Below the pieces are notes generated by a model. That model was given only the letters and a program-made list of their open reading frames with translations. It did no database searches and was not told the origin of the DNA. The position numbers were made by a program, and so were the translations under genes. Shown piece after piece: positions 23,690 to 36,411 of a stretch of 64,000 bases of DNA. The stretch is from Sphyrna mokarran (taxonomy: Eukaryota): contig JAGIQG010000040.1 in NCBI GenBank assembly GCA_024679065.1, positions 6,076,001 through 6,140,000 of the forward strand. The letters are read 5' to 3'. How positions within the stretch are numbered: the first letter of the stretch is position 1; each line of letters starts with the position of its first letter.

Positions 23690-23972
23690 CACCCATCCAA
23701 TTTCCTTTGTAATTGTTTATTGTCTCCACTTCCTCCATCCTTGTAAGCAGTGAGTTCCAGGTCATCACCATTCGCTGCTTCAAAATATTCTTCCTTACAT
23801 CCTTTCCTACATCTCTGACCCAAAACCTTAAATCTGTACCCCCCCTCATCCTTGTCCCATCAGCTAATGGGAACAGCTTTTCTTTGTCCACCTTATCTAA
23901 ACCTGTCAGAATCTTGTCCACCTCTATCAAATCTCCCCTCAACCACCTTTGCTCCAAGGGAACAACCCCAGC
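23690..23972 (-). mobile_element. CR1 3' fragment
   Basis: LRGDLIEVDKILTGLDKVDKEKLF..WNSL motif. Confidence 0.75.
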
Positions 23973-24784
23973 CTGACATTAACAATAAAGAACAAACTGA
24001 CAGAATGTGTTAACACCTGAAATTGAATGGGAATGTTTAATTTCTGTTTTAAAAATATTGTGAACATATTGTCCTGGACAATAAAGGAATTTGAATAACT
24101 CACCTTGGGTGTAGTGAAATGTATACTGATCCAGGTCAGAAATCCAAAGTGCTTTACAGAGTCAGCCTAGCCATAAGATTTGCACTCTAGTGTAAGACAT
24201 TTCACTCCAGGTATGTTTCAAGTGACCCAAAGGAAGTTTTTATTAAACAAAGTTAATTTAAGAATACGGTTAAACTATAATAAGAAAAATTAGCATAATC
24301 AACCTGAACAGCTACGTCCAAATCAAATAATCCCTACAAACATACATCTCATTTTAGGCTTTGCACAGAAAGCAAGTATGCTCATGTAATGCTGGATTTT
24401 GCAGCTTTTTAACAACTGTTGTGAATTAGTCCTTTAAACATTGAATTCAAACTTTGATTTCTCAGTCCTGAGAAGTCCTGAATTCAGGACCTTGAGAGAT
24501 AGAGAGAGAGAGAGAGACTGCTTGCCGCTATCTTCCAACAGGCAACTCACAGGCAGCAGAATCTTCACTCCACGGAGAGATGAGAAACACTACTCTCAGT
24601 CTGCAGTACAAAGAGCTTGTGACAAAAGAAAACTAAAACCTTTCTCCTGTTAAAAAAATGTCCATAGACAGCATTGAGCTTTTAATCAGGCTCCACCCAA
24701 CAGTTCCAAAAAGGTCATAAAACTGCAGGTTACTGTATTAGTCCAGACTGAAAATAATCAAGATGCCCACTATATTCAAAGAAC

Positions 24785-25090
24785 AGAATCCTGACAGAAC
24801 AGAAGGAGGCCATTTGACCCATCGAGCCTGCACTGACAACAATCCCAGCCTATATCAGTACCCTACATATTTACCCTGCTAATCCCCAGTAACTAAGGTA
24901 AATTTAGCATGACGAATCAACCCAACTCATACATCTTTGGACTGTGGAAAGAAAGCAGAACACCTGGAGGAAACACTTGCAGACACGAGAAGGATGAGCA
25001 AATTTCACACAGACAGTAACCCAACCCAGGAATCGAACCTGAATCCTTGGTACTGTGAGACAGCAATGCTAATCACTGTGTCACCGTGCC
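24785..25090 (-). mobile_element. tRNA-derived SINE
   Basis: Head, core and tail as in the other copies. Confidence 0.75.
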
Positions 25091-25919
25091 ACCATTTTGT
25101 TCTTTGCATCAGCTGAGTTGTAAATCAGTGAAAGCAAGCACAATACTTGGTCTCTGAAACACTCCTACATCCATGAACTTTGTTTTAAAGAAATCCACAT
25201 TTGAAAGCCCGGCCAGTATATATGAAATATTAGCACCATAATGGGGAGATGAGAAAGGCAGACACTATATTTGATATTTTCAATAGCACATCTGAGAGTT
25301 AAGAATGTGTGACATGATTTTGGGATACCAGAGTGTCTGTGCAGATGTGATTTGTTACTTGTGAAAAATAGCAATCCTAAATTCACGGTGAGATGCAGTG
25401 AAGAGCGGGTCCCAAACACACACAGCGACTTGAGACACAGCAGGAGATGAAAGGGTTAATGTGGCCAGGGGATTGAGACAACATTGTGACATCATCAAGG
25501 CCCTGCCACACACTCCAGAGAGAAACTGAGTTTGAAACAATCAGGATCCAATTCAACCCACTGCACATCGACACATAGTGAGGAAAATTAAAGCAAAATA
25601 GATAATATTGTAGATTGGAACAATTAAGAGTTTGGGAGAAGTAACACTGAGTAAGAACTGTCCACAAGTTGTGTAGAGGTAAAGAGAGAGCTGGAAAATC
25701 TTTTACATCTGGGCTTGATCAATTGCTTGAGCATTTGCCCTTATGACTAGGAATCTAGAACTCACGGCACTCCTTCAGGAGAAGATAAGATTGAGTAGAT
25801 ATTACCCACGCTGGGCCAGAACAGAACTGGGAAATAACGGATTGAAATTGAATGAGAGGTCAGAGAGAGAGAGAGAGTTCTCCTGCCCCTCCAGGTGTAG
25901 ACTGTAAAAATCCATGTTC

Positions 25920-26600
25920 CTACCTTAGAGATTACTAGGCTTACATATATCTTACTAAATTCCATGTACTTACCAAAAAGTATCTTAGAAGACCCAGTCA
26001 AATTTGCCTCCACCACCACTGCCAGCAGCTGATTCCACACACCAACCACCCTCTGCGTGAAAAATTAACCCCAACATCTCCTTTGTACCTACTCCCCAGC
26101 ACCTTAAACCTTTGTCCTCTTGTGGCAACCATTTCAGCCCTGGGAACAAGCTTCTGAGACTCCGCACGATCAACACCTCTCCACATCTTATACACTTCTA
26201 GCAGGTCACCCCTCATGCTTCGTCTCTCCAAGGAGAAAAGACTGAGCTTTCTCAGCCTACCCTCATAAGGAATGCCACCCAATCCAGACAACATTCTTGT
26301 AAATCTCCTCTGCAACCTTTCTAGGGCTTTCACATTTTTCCTGTAATGAGGTGACCAGAACTGAGCACAATACTCCAAGTGGGGTCTGACCAGGGTCCTA
26401 TATAGCTGTAACATTATCTCTCGACTCCTAAACTCAATTCCTCGATTGATGAAGGCCAGTACACCATACGCCTTTTTAATCATAGCTTCAACCTGCGCAG
26501 CTGCTTTGACAGTCCTATGAACTCAGACCCCAAGATTCCTCTGATCTTCCAAGAATCCTACCATTAATATATTCTGTCATCCTGTGTGACCTACCAAAGT
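25920..26600 (-). mobile_element. CR1 LINE 3' fragment
   Basis: ORF 25998..26483: KKAYGVLAFINRGIEFRSREIMLQLYRTLVRPHLEYCAQFWSP..RGDLLEVYK. Confidence 0.9.
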
Positions 26601-26989
26601 TATCACTTCGCACTAAAAGAGGGACTCACTTTCTGTTAAAGAGCCCGCCAACCCCTCTCATCCACTTTCTCTAAAGTGCATCAATCTCATCAGGAAAACT
26701 CCAGAACGATCACATATTTTTACTAATAAAAGTTTATTCATGAAACAGAACATGTTTAAAACAAACAGAAAGTGACTTGAGGATCAAAGACAACCAGCGT
26801 AAAAAGATGTTCACAATGTTCTGGACACAAATGATTTCTCTTTAATTTATCTGTAGCCTGTTCCATGCCCTCCTTGTGGAACACCCTCCTCTCAGTCCAC
26901 AAGCATGACCCTGACCTTCCACTTGCCACTAGAATTCACCACCTTGCTCTCATGCTCATATATTTGTCCTTGGCCTTGTCCTTGTGTCA

Positions 26990-27500
26990 GTCCAGGATAG
27001 AAATTCAGAACAGATAATTCTAGTTTTCATGGAACATTTTTTCCTCTCACATTTCCCAAAAGCGTTTAATCACCATCCCACATTGTTTTGACAAAGGATC
27101 ACCTGGACTCGAAACATCAGCTCTTTTCTCTCCTTACAGATGCTGCCAGACCTGCTGAGATTTTCCAGCATCTTCTCTTTCGGTTTCCATCCCACACACT
27201 CTCCCTCCATTCTCACGCTGCTGTATCTAATATTCACCCTCCCAATTCTCCTGAAGATGCTGATTGAAGCTGATTGACAGATCCATGCTCACTGCTTCAT
27301 GTCCTGGACATAGAGCTGAAAATCTCCACGCAGGCTGCCAAATAAATATATATCTAAATGACTGAACTAAAAATGTGTGGAATATACAGCCTGGATTCAC
27401 TTCCTTTCCCTTCAGTTGCTACAAGTCCCCAATTTCCCCCAGAATGAGGAAAGAAATGGAAAGGGGGAAACATTGATTTCCTCCCAGATGTTGCACAGAG
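26990..27500 (-). pseudogene. Orphan ZNF 5' module (degenerate exon 1, micro-exon, conserved intron) lacking its finger exon
   Basis: Micro-exon ttttcag|ctctatgtccaggacatgaagca|gtgagc plus the conserved intron block; homology stops at ~26990, before the acceptor. Confidence 0.65.
27083..27186 (+). mobile_element. 104-bp short repeat insertion with a 10-bp target-site duplication (ccatcccaca)
   Basis: TSD at 27073-27082 and 27187-27196. Related copies (gatgctgccagacctgctga..tccagca) occur inverted at ~30600-30700, ~40380-40470 and ~52920-53005. Confidence 0.8.
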
Positions 27501-27880
27501 GAGGACGTTTCACTCTGAAGCTCATTGGCCAACTTCTCCATTGTGACATCACAATGGTGCCCTGCCTGAATCAACCAATCCGCAATGTTGTCTTCTTGCT
27601 CCAATGGGAGACTGAGCGTTAGGAACGTCCACGCGAGAATCAGCCAATAGGAATCAGTCCTGGTGATCTTCCCCTCCCCCCCCCGGTCTGGGACTGCGCT
27701 TGTCCGAGGGACAAGGAAACTGCGCATGTGCGGGGGCGTGCCCACCCTTGACCTTCTGAGGAATTGACCAATGGAAAGATTCGGAGGTCCGGAAGGACTC
27801 TGGTCCTCCAGCCACTCAGAGCGCGGGATATGTGTGAATGAAGATTGATCTTCAGAACTTCCTCCTGCCCAACATCTGTG
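27500..27880. promoter_or_regulatory. Bidirectional promoter of ZNF-3 and the orphan module; cassette 27764-27818, exon-1 donor at 27878
   Basis: TTGACCAATGGAAAG..CCGGAAGG..GGTCCTCCAGCCACTCA; TGCGCATGTGCG; palindrome CATTGTGACATCACAATG; CATCT|GTGAGTAAAACAC. Confidence 0.7.
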
Positions 27881-29241
27881 AGTAAAACACTTTCTTTTCT
27901 CCCCCTTTCCATTGCTTTTCTCGTTCTGGGAGAAACTGGAGACTCGCAGCAACTGATGGGAGAGGAAATGAATAAAGGGAGGCTGCAGACTCTGGAAAGA
28001 TTGGCCCAGGTCTCTTTCTCTTAAAGACATTGACATCCTTTGCTCCCTCAGCTTGACACGTTGATTTGTCTGTCTAGAAGGTCCCTTTTCTAATGTTCAC
28101 AATTAAAGGGCTAGTTTCCCGAAGAGATAGCTGACATTTGATGGGACAGTAAATTAATATTGGGACAGAGATATGATAAAGTATATTTAAAATTGTAATT
28201 AGCTGTGTAACATATATTTCATTATAATTGTATAACATATAATTGTAATTAGCTGTGTTATATATTTCTAGTCACCTGTTCAAACAGGGACTTGTTAGTT
28301 TTAGATTTATCCCACAGGAATCAGTGGAGGCTGAGGGCCATTTAATATATTCCAGGGTCAGTTACACTGATTTTTGATTGATAAAGGAGTCCAACGTTAT
28401 AGGGAACAGGTCAGAAAATGCAGATAAAGTTAAGGTGAGGAGGAATTTCCTCACTCAAGGATGTGGTGACATTTTGGAATTCTGCACCCCAGAGGACTGT
28501 GGAATCTCAGCCATCAAGAATTTTCAAGCTGGAGATGGATAAGTTTTGAGATATTGAAGACGTGGGGGACTGTATGGGAAATAATACTGAGGTAGATCAG
28601 CCAATTCTTAATGAATGAGTGAGGCAGTTCGATAGCTGAATGGCCAACTGCAGCTCCTATTTCTATGCTCACTGTGTTCAGGAAGGAGGCAATGAGCATA
28701 GATCTGTCAATCAGCATCTTCAGGAGAATTGGGAGGGTGAATATTAGATACAGCAGAATGAGAATGGAGGGAGAGTGTGTGAGATGGAGATTTACAGCTT
28801 TTGCACAATGAAAGGAAAGAACATTCCATAGGAACTAGAGTTGTCTGTTCTGAATTTTTATCCTGTACTGACAATGATGACTTACATAAATTTCTTTCAC
28901 AGGATATTGAAAAAGGAATCACAGGCTGGAATCTCAAATGTCATGCCTAGATCTGACAGAGTCATATTCCTTGGGATGTGAGTATCATTGGCCTTTGAAT
29001 CGAGAAGAAGAATTGTCTGGTCTGTTGATTTGAAAAGATTTCAAACATCAGTGGAAAAGCTCCAACACATTGCACATTCAAGTGAGAGTGTTCCAGTGCA
29101 CAGACTGAAGAGCTTTAACAGTTACACAGCCTGAATAAAAATCACACCATACACTGCGGGGAGACTGTACTTGTGTTCTGTGTGTGTGGATGAGGCTTCC
29201 ACTGATTGTCCACCTAAGAGAGAGGCAAGGACACCTGCAAC

Positions 29242-30336
29242 ATGGAGAAACCATGGAAATGTGCGGACTGTGGGAAGAAATATAAAGTTCCATCTCGGCT
29301 GGAAATTCATCGACGCAGTCACACTGGAGAGAGGCCGTTCATCTGCTCTCAGTGTGGAGAGGGATTCACTTGGTTATCCACTCTGCAAAGACACCAGCGA
29401 GTTCACACTGGAGAGAGGCCATTCACCTGCTCTCAGTGTGGGAAGGGATTCATTCAATCATCCAGTCTGCGGGCACACCAGCGAGTTCACACTGGAGAAA
29501 AGCCATTCACCTGCACCCTGTGTGGGAAGGGTTTCATTCAGTCATCCCACCTACTGAATCACAAAACTACGCACACTAATGAGAGACGCTTTAAATGCTC
29601 TGACTGTGGGAGCAGCTTCAAAACCTCTGGTGAACTGGTGTTCCACCAGCGCATTCACACTGAGGAGAGACCATTCAGCTGCTCTCATTGCACCAAGAGG
29701 TTTAGAAGGTCATCACATCTGCAGACACACCAGCGAGTTCACACCGGGGAGAGACCATTTACCTGCACCGTATGTGGGAAGGGATTCACACAGTTATCCA
29801 GCCTATGGGCACACCAGCAAATTCACACTGGGGAGAGGCCATTTACCTGCTCTGTGTGTGGGAAAGGATTCACTCTGTCATCGAACCTGCTCAGACACAA
29901 AATCACTCACACCCAGGACAGACCCTTCAAATGTCCTGATTGTGGGAACGGATTCAAACGTGCTTCAGACCTGAAGGACCACGAGCGAATTCACACTGGG
30001 GAGAGACCGTTCAGCTGCTCTGTGTGTGGGAAGGGATTCACTCAGTTATCCCACCTATTGAATCATAAAGTCACTCATAGCAATGAGAGACCCTTTGAAT
30101 GTTCTGACTGTAAGAGTAACTTCAAAAGCTCTCAAGATCTGATGTCCCACCAACGTGTTCACACTGAGGAGAGACCATTCAGTTGCTCTCACTGCACAAA
30201 GAGGTTTAAATGGTCATCTGCACTGCAGAGACACCAGAGAGTTCACACTGGGGAGAGGTTATTCACCTGCTCTGTGTATGGAAAGGGATTCACTCAGTTA
30301 TCCAGCCTGCTGAAACACGAGCAAGTTCACAAGTGA
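29242..30336 (+). CDS. C2H2 zinc-finger protein, 364 aa, 13 fingers, last one with a C->Y change (ZNF-3)
   Basis: MEKPWKC start, TGERP linkers, VHK* end; acceptor at 28903. Confidence 0.9.
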   Translation: MEKPWKCADCGKKYKVPSRLEIHRRSHTGERPFICSQCGEGFTWLSTLQRHQRVHTGERPFTCSQCGKGFIQSSSLRAHQRVHTGEKPFTCTLCGKGFIQSSHLLNHKTTHTNERRFKCSDCGSSFKTSGELVFHQRIHTEERPFSCSHCTKRFRRSSHLQTHQRVHTGERPFTCTVCGKGFTQLSSLWAHQQIHTGERPFTCSVCGKGFTLSSNLLRHKITHTQDRPFKCPDCGNGFKRASDLKDHERIHTGERPFSCSVCGKGFTQLSHLLNHKVTHSNERPFECSDCKSNFKSSQDLMSHQRVHTEERPFSCSHCTKRFKWSSALQRHQRVHTGERLFTCSVYGKGFTQLSSLLKHEQVHK

Positions 30337-32012
30337 TGACAGGGGTTGGATTCTGCTGTTATTGTTGCTGTTAGTTACATCCAGGACAGAATCATGTTCA
30401 TTCAGACAGTTGGTGAAGTGGGGAGGATTGGAGGGTTTCTTTCTGCTGGACTGGCAGAACTTTGCTTCCAGTGGGCTGATGCTCTTTGAACCTGGGAGGG
30501 CACATTTCCACTGAAATGATCCAAGAAAGCTGGTGAAAGACGATTACTTTATCCTGGATAGTAAATAGTGCTTTTCACTACTGCAGATAAACCTAAAATA
30601 AATACCGAAAGAACTGGGAAAGCACAGCAGGTCTGGCAACAACTGTGGAGAGGGAAATAGAGTTAATGTTTCATGTCCAATGTAACTCTGCTTCAGAACT
30701 AAAGAGACAGGGAAGTGTGCTGGGTTTGATGCTGGTGAGAAAGTGGGGAGGCTCAGATAGAACAAAAGGGAAAATCAGGGATTGGTTTGAGGGCAGGTGA
30801 GATTAAATGTCAAAAATATCCTGGAACAAAAGACAAAGGGAGAGGTAATGGTTACAGTAAAGAAACAAAGCAATTTTGTCACCAGATTACTTTAATTGGA
30901 TCTTCAATTAGTTGCTCCACTTTCTGTTATTATCAGGAATAGAATTGTTTCATACTATCCTTTCAACTGATTCTGTGCAATCCTTTATTTACACAGTTTC
31001 AAATGTTGAGGCTAACCAGAGTTTGAAGGTCTCTCTCGTCAGTACATTTATTATTGCTGCACATTCTTCATACATACAGCAATTAAACTTTTGCATCTTA
31101 CAGCAAATAAAAATCAGTCTTTCAGTATGCCTCACATTCTTTATAAAGAACCTGGATGAGTACTTGGCAAGTCATAACATTCAAGGCTATGGGCCAAGTT
31201 CTGACAAGTGGGATTAGGTGGGCTGGTCAGGATATTTCATGCAGACTCAATGGGCCAAAGGACCTCTTCTGCACTGTAGTAATCTGTGATTCTGTGAACT
31301 AACTCATTATTGATCTTTCAACTATAATTCAATTAAGACTCACCACTTATTCAGTCATCTATTACTGACTGGTAGCTAATTATCACAGTAATCTTTAATT
31401 AATACATTTGGTTATATTGGGGAAATTCCTAATAGGTTATAGATATTTCAAGTAACCAGGGATTTAAGTTACTAATAAAATTCTAAAAAGTGAAATGACC
31501 TACGAATAGGTTTACAACAGGGGGACAGTCTATACAAGACATAGATAAACACACTAAGATATTTAACTAAATATAAGATTTGGTCAAGTATTTCTGACTT
31601 AAACATGCACTTTGGATCTTTAAAAATGTATTTTAGCTGTATGTTAAAAAAATCTGTACACTTTAGCCAAAGGCAGGTTGCCTCAAAGCCTAATGGGACA
31701 AGAGGCATATTGAGATAAACCACAATCTTTAGGACAATGAAACCACAGAATGTATAAGTTCTTAACAATAACAGTTACTAGCAGTAATGTCTTCTTGGCC
31801 ACTTCCTGATAGAGTAATACATATTGTACAGATTGAGCAGGCCTTCTCAGAGTCCCTTATGATGTGAATTGTTCATATTGTCCAGAAAAGGTTGGCCTTT
31901 TCAGACACGTGAATGTACTCTGTCTGGTCTGGCTATTGACGTATACAAGGATTGGTGGGAACATTAATGTGGACTTTGTGGCCAAGGTCAGCAGTTGCTG
32001 AGCAACAGAGGG

Positions 32013-32310
32013 GGTGGCACAGTGGTTAACACTGCTGCCACACAGGGCCCGGGACTCGGGTTTAATTTCAGCCTCGGGTCACTGCCTGTGGGATTTTGCA
32101 CATTTTCCCATCTCTGGGTGGTCCAGTTTCCCCCCAGTCCAAGGACGTGCGGGTTAGGTGGGTTGGCCAAGCTAAATTGGCCATTATTATCAGGGGGCCG
32201 AGCTAGGGTAAGTACGTGGTGTTACAGGAATAGGGTCTGGGTGGAATTGTGGTCAGTTCAGACTCAGTGGGCCAAATGTCCTTATTCTGCACTGTAGGGA
32301 TTCTACAATT
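32013..32310 (+). mobile_element. tRNA-derived SINE
   Basis: ggtggcacagtggttaacactgctgcc head, CR1-like tail. Confidence 0.8.
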
Positions 32311-32499
32311 CTAACAAAGGGAGAAAGGGTCTGGATTTTACAGACCAGTGAAACCCCATGAGGTCAAAGGGTAAATGCAATTGGCTCAAGTATATAACAG
32401 GTATTAATTGTGATCCATTTGTATTGAAACTAACTGGTTCATAATTAATAAAAGGTAGGAAATGTAAACTTGGGGAAGATATAACTGACCTGTCTGCTC

Positions 32500-32930
32500 T
32501 ATGTAACACAGTAAGAATTCTGACAACACCAAGTTTAAGTCCAACTGATTTATTTGATAGTAAACTCACACAAGCTTTCGAGGCTCTGCTCTTCGTCAGG
32601 TGAATGTGGTGTTCTGGTCTCAAGCAGCACATATAACAGCACACAGTGTTTGCAGATTACTGATTAGAATGTGAATCTTTACACCTAACCTGCTATTCAA
32701 GTCTTAAAGTGGTCGACAATGTGTGTGGACGGAGCACTGAGCACAGGTTAAAGAGATGTGTATTGTCTCCAGACAGCACAGTAAGTGAGGATTTTTGCTA
32801 ACCCAGGCAAGTTATGGGGGTTACAGATAGTGTGACACGAACCCAAGAACCCTGGTAAGACCGTCCTCATGTGTGCGGAACTTGGCTATCAGTCTCTGCT
32901 CAGCGGCTTTGCACTATTGCGTATTATGAA
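32500..32930 (-). mobile_element. Penelope-like element 3' fragment
   Basis: Shares ctgatagccaagttccgcacac..gagg and the aataaa-containing end with the GIY-YIG element at 51-52 kb. Confidence 0.6.
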
Positions 32931-32933
32931 GGT

Positions 32934-34625
32934 GAAACAGAGGGTTTAAATTTCCGGGGCTGAAAAATGATTGGTAATTATTATGTGATGGTTTCACCTA
33001 GTCAGCAGAATTTCTAATATCAGGGAGAGACACAGAAGTACTGCTTCCCAGTCTGGAATCCAATCGCTTCTCACTAAAACTGAAAGTGAATCCTTGGATT
33101 CCTCTGTGAAGGAACCACCTGACCTTCATCTGTCAATCAATCTTCCCACAACAATTCAAAAGGGATGTAAACTCGGAAAACTCCAGGACATTTCACTAGG
33201 TCCAAATTACAAATAAAAAGGTCAATTGTGCTTCCATCAGACAACACAATCATGGCAACAACACAAAAACCACAGAAGTAGGATTAAAATACATTCCTTA
33301 AATGCACAGTAGCATCACAAGTGAACACTGTAGAATTGACTCCAGTGATATGTGAGCTCACTGGTGTCTCAGAAGATGAGATATCTGATTCAATCCTTTC
33401 TGTAAGTAATTGTCAGGATTGAATTCTCATGGATATTCCACATCTTGTATTTTATTTACGACGGCACATCTTTAAAACGGGAAATTATTGGATACAACCT
33501 GCTGCTCCTTCCTTTTCAGGAATGTTTAAGAAATAGCAGCAGGAATCAGCCATTTCACCCACCGAGATTGCTCTGCCAATCAATGAGATTGTGGCTGGTC
33601 AGATTATGGCTGATTGCAGCCTGAACTCCACATTCCTGCCTTGCTCCCGTTGCCTTCACCTCCCTTTTGATCAAAGCTGTGTGGAGTTCAGCTTTGAATA
33701 TATTTAATGACCCAGCTTCCACTGCTCTCCAAGGAGAGACAATTTCAAAAGTGAGTGAGAAGAAATTCCTCCTCTCCTCCCATTTAATTCTTCCCCTCCT
33801 CCCCAATTATTATTAAACTGCGCTTCCAGTTTGAGATTTCCAGAAGGGAAACATTCTCTCAGCATCCACCCTGTCAAACCCTCTCAGAATAAGATCGTCT
33901 CTCATTCTTATAAACTCTGAGATCAGACCCAATCTTTCCACATAAAATAACCCCTTCCAGTGAACCTTCTCTGAACTGCTTCCAACACAATAGTATTTTG
34001 TGTTTTTTTAATGAAACAGGAACAAATATTTGTTCAGACTCTGGGCCATTCCAACATTTATTGCTCAGTCTTAAAGTTTAAAGTTTATTAGTTACAAGTA
34101 AGGCTAACATTAACACAGTCATGAAGTTACTGTGAAATTCCCCTAGTTGCCACTCTATGGCACCAGCTTAGGTCAATGCACCTAATCAACATGTCTTTCG
34201 ACTGTGGGAGGAAACTGGAACACCCGGAAGAAACCCACGCAGACACTGGGGGGATGTGCAAACTCCATACAGACAATGACTAAAACCGGGAATTGAACCC
34301 TGGTTCCTGGTAGTGTAAGGCAGCAGTGTTAACCAGTGTTAACCAGCATTGTCTTAGCTGCTAAGGAATCAATGCTCACTTCAGCTACTCTTTTCCATTT
34401 TATAAACTTGGAGAAAATTTACTTTGAAATTTTTCCTGTGAGTTTCCCCGCATTCTCCATTTTCCAAGACATTCAATGATTTTAGAGAGGAATGGGGAGT
34501 TGGGAATCAGAAGTAGTTTGCACGGATGGTGGCATCAAGAGCTGGTTCTTTGAGGAGGGGGTGAGCAGTTTTGCAGATAGTCACAGGACCCAAGGCAAGG
34601 GAACAATTACAACAATCAGCTCATA
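32934..34625. repeat. ~1.7-kb dispersed duplication (direct copy ~42012-43690; inverted copy ~58790-60470)
   Basis: Co-linear near-identity from gaaacag.gggtt.aaatttc.ggggctgaaaaatgattgg to aacaatcagctca, including the same CR1 tail and SINE. Confidence 0.85.
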
Positions 34626-35294
34626 TGGGAAAAGTGATGATCAGCAACTTAGTGAGAATAGAGTGAAGGGAGCAGAGGGTAAGTCTTGTGGACAAGGTGA
34701 GCTCAACAGGGGATGAGAGGAGATAGGAGAAAAACTAAAGAAAGAGGCAAGTTCAAGGCTCAGGAAAGAAGGAGATTTTAGAGACAGTTTGGCCCAATGG
34801 GCCAGTGAAGGGAATGAATCAGCAGAGGCAGCTGATCAGATTGTCTCAATCTTAGTGACAAAGAAGCTCCATGAGCTCCTCACACTTATTGGAGGAAACG
34901 GGGGAGGGAGAGAATTTCAAAAGGAACAAACTTATGTTGGTGACAGTAAAAGGACTTGTCACACTATGTTTAACACAAAGCTGATTTATTTGTCCTTTAT
35001 CCAGAATATTAATCTCTACCTGAAATGGAATTCATTATCATCAGAAACAGACCCAAAAATACAGTTCAGTCCTGGGTGTTATTAACAGGAGAATCCAATC
35101 TCAGTAATTACATGTGAACTCTCAGGTACGTCAATAGGTTGGGTAAACAGATAAATCCCTTCCTACAGCCTCTCCCCAACATCAGCTTCTTAATCGACTA
35201 CCTCCCATCGTTTGTTGATTGGTCAAACCCCCTTTTTTACAGTTTCGGATATCTCAACGGCTGAACACCAGCTGGTTATTCATAGCTTCATTGA

Positions 35295-35595
35295 ATCTTA
35301 GAGTGCAGAGGGAGGGCATTTGGCCCATTAAGTCTGCACTGACCACAATCACTCCCAGGCCCTATTTCCCATGCATTTACCCTAGCTAGTCCCCCTGATA
35401 CTAAGGGGCAATTTAACGTGATCAATCAGCCTAACCTGCGCATCTTTAGACTTTGGGAGGAAACCTGAGCACCCGGAGGAAACGGGGACACGGGGCAAAT
35501 GTGCAGACTCCACACAGAGAGTAACACAAGCCAGGAATCAAACCCAGGGCCCTAGCACTGTGAGGCAACACTGCTAACCACTGTGCTACCACGCT
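35295..35595 (-). mobile_element. tRNA-derived SINE
   Basis: Head, core and tail as in the other copies. Confidence 0.8.
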
Positions 35596-36411
35596 GCTCA
35601 AACTTATGGAGTAAGTTTAATTCTAACTCATTCTGAGTAAATATTCTCACCAGGTTCTCTACTGGGGCTCTGCTAAGCAGCTTTAATGGTCTATAATTGC
35701 AGAAACTGAGAAGTCACAGGAATGTGGTCAAGATAGTCCAATCACACAATGCCTCACACTCGATCTGCAGTCCTTCAACATGTGGCTGTGTGTAGCTGCC
35801 TCGGCCATGGTCAACCCCAACACTGCCTTCCTGAACTGCTCCAATGCCTGATGTATAAGTCCACCTCCAGTGTTATTAGGGAGGGATTTCCAGCTACACA
35901 TTCCTGACAAGATTCTGACAGGTTTAGATATGGTGGACAAAGAAAAGGTGTTCCCATTCGTTGATGGGACAAAGATGCAGGAGACACAGATTTAAGATTT
36001 TGAGTCAGAGATGCTGGGGTGGAGGGGGGAGGGCGCATGTGAGGAAGAATAATTTGATGCAGTGAATGGTGATGACCTGGAACTCTCTGCCTAAGAAGAT
36101 GGAGGAAGTGGAGACAATAAATAATTTCAAAGGAAATTGGATGGGCATTTGGGGATTCCAAACACAAATCTTACTAATTCTCTCTGAACTTCCTAACATC
36201 CTGTCACTGATGATCCGTGTAAAATTTGAAAGCAGGTATTTGTGACAAATCTCAAAGAACATTAACCCACTGGATGCAATGTCATGAGACCAGCCAGTCC
36301 AGCAGAAAGAAATCCTCCAACCTTCCTCATTGTCCAATTGTGAGAATGAACAAAATCCAGTCCTGGATGTAATTAAGAGCAAAAACAATAAACAGAATCC
36401 AATCACTGGAA

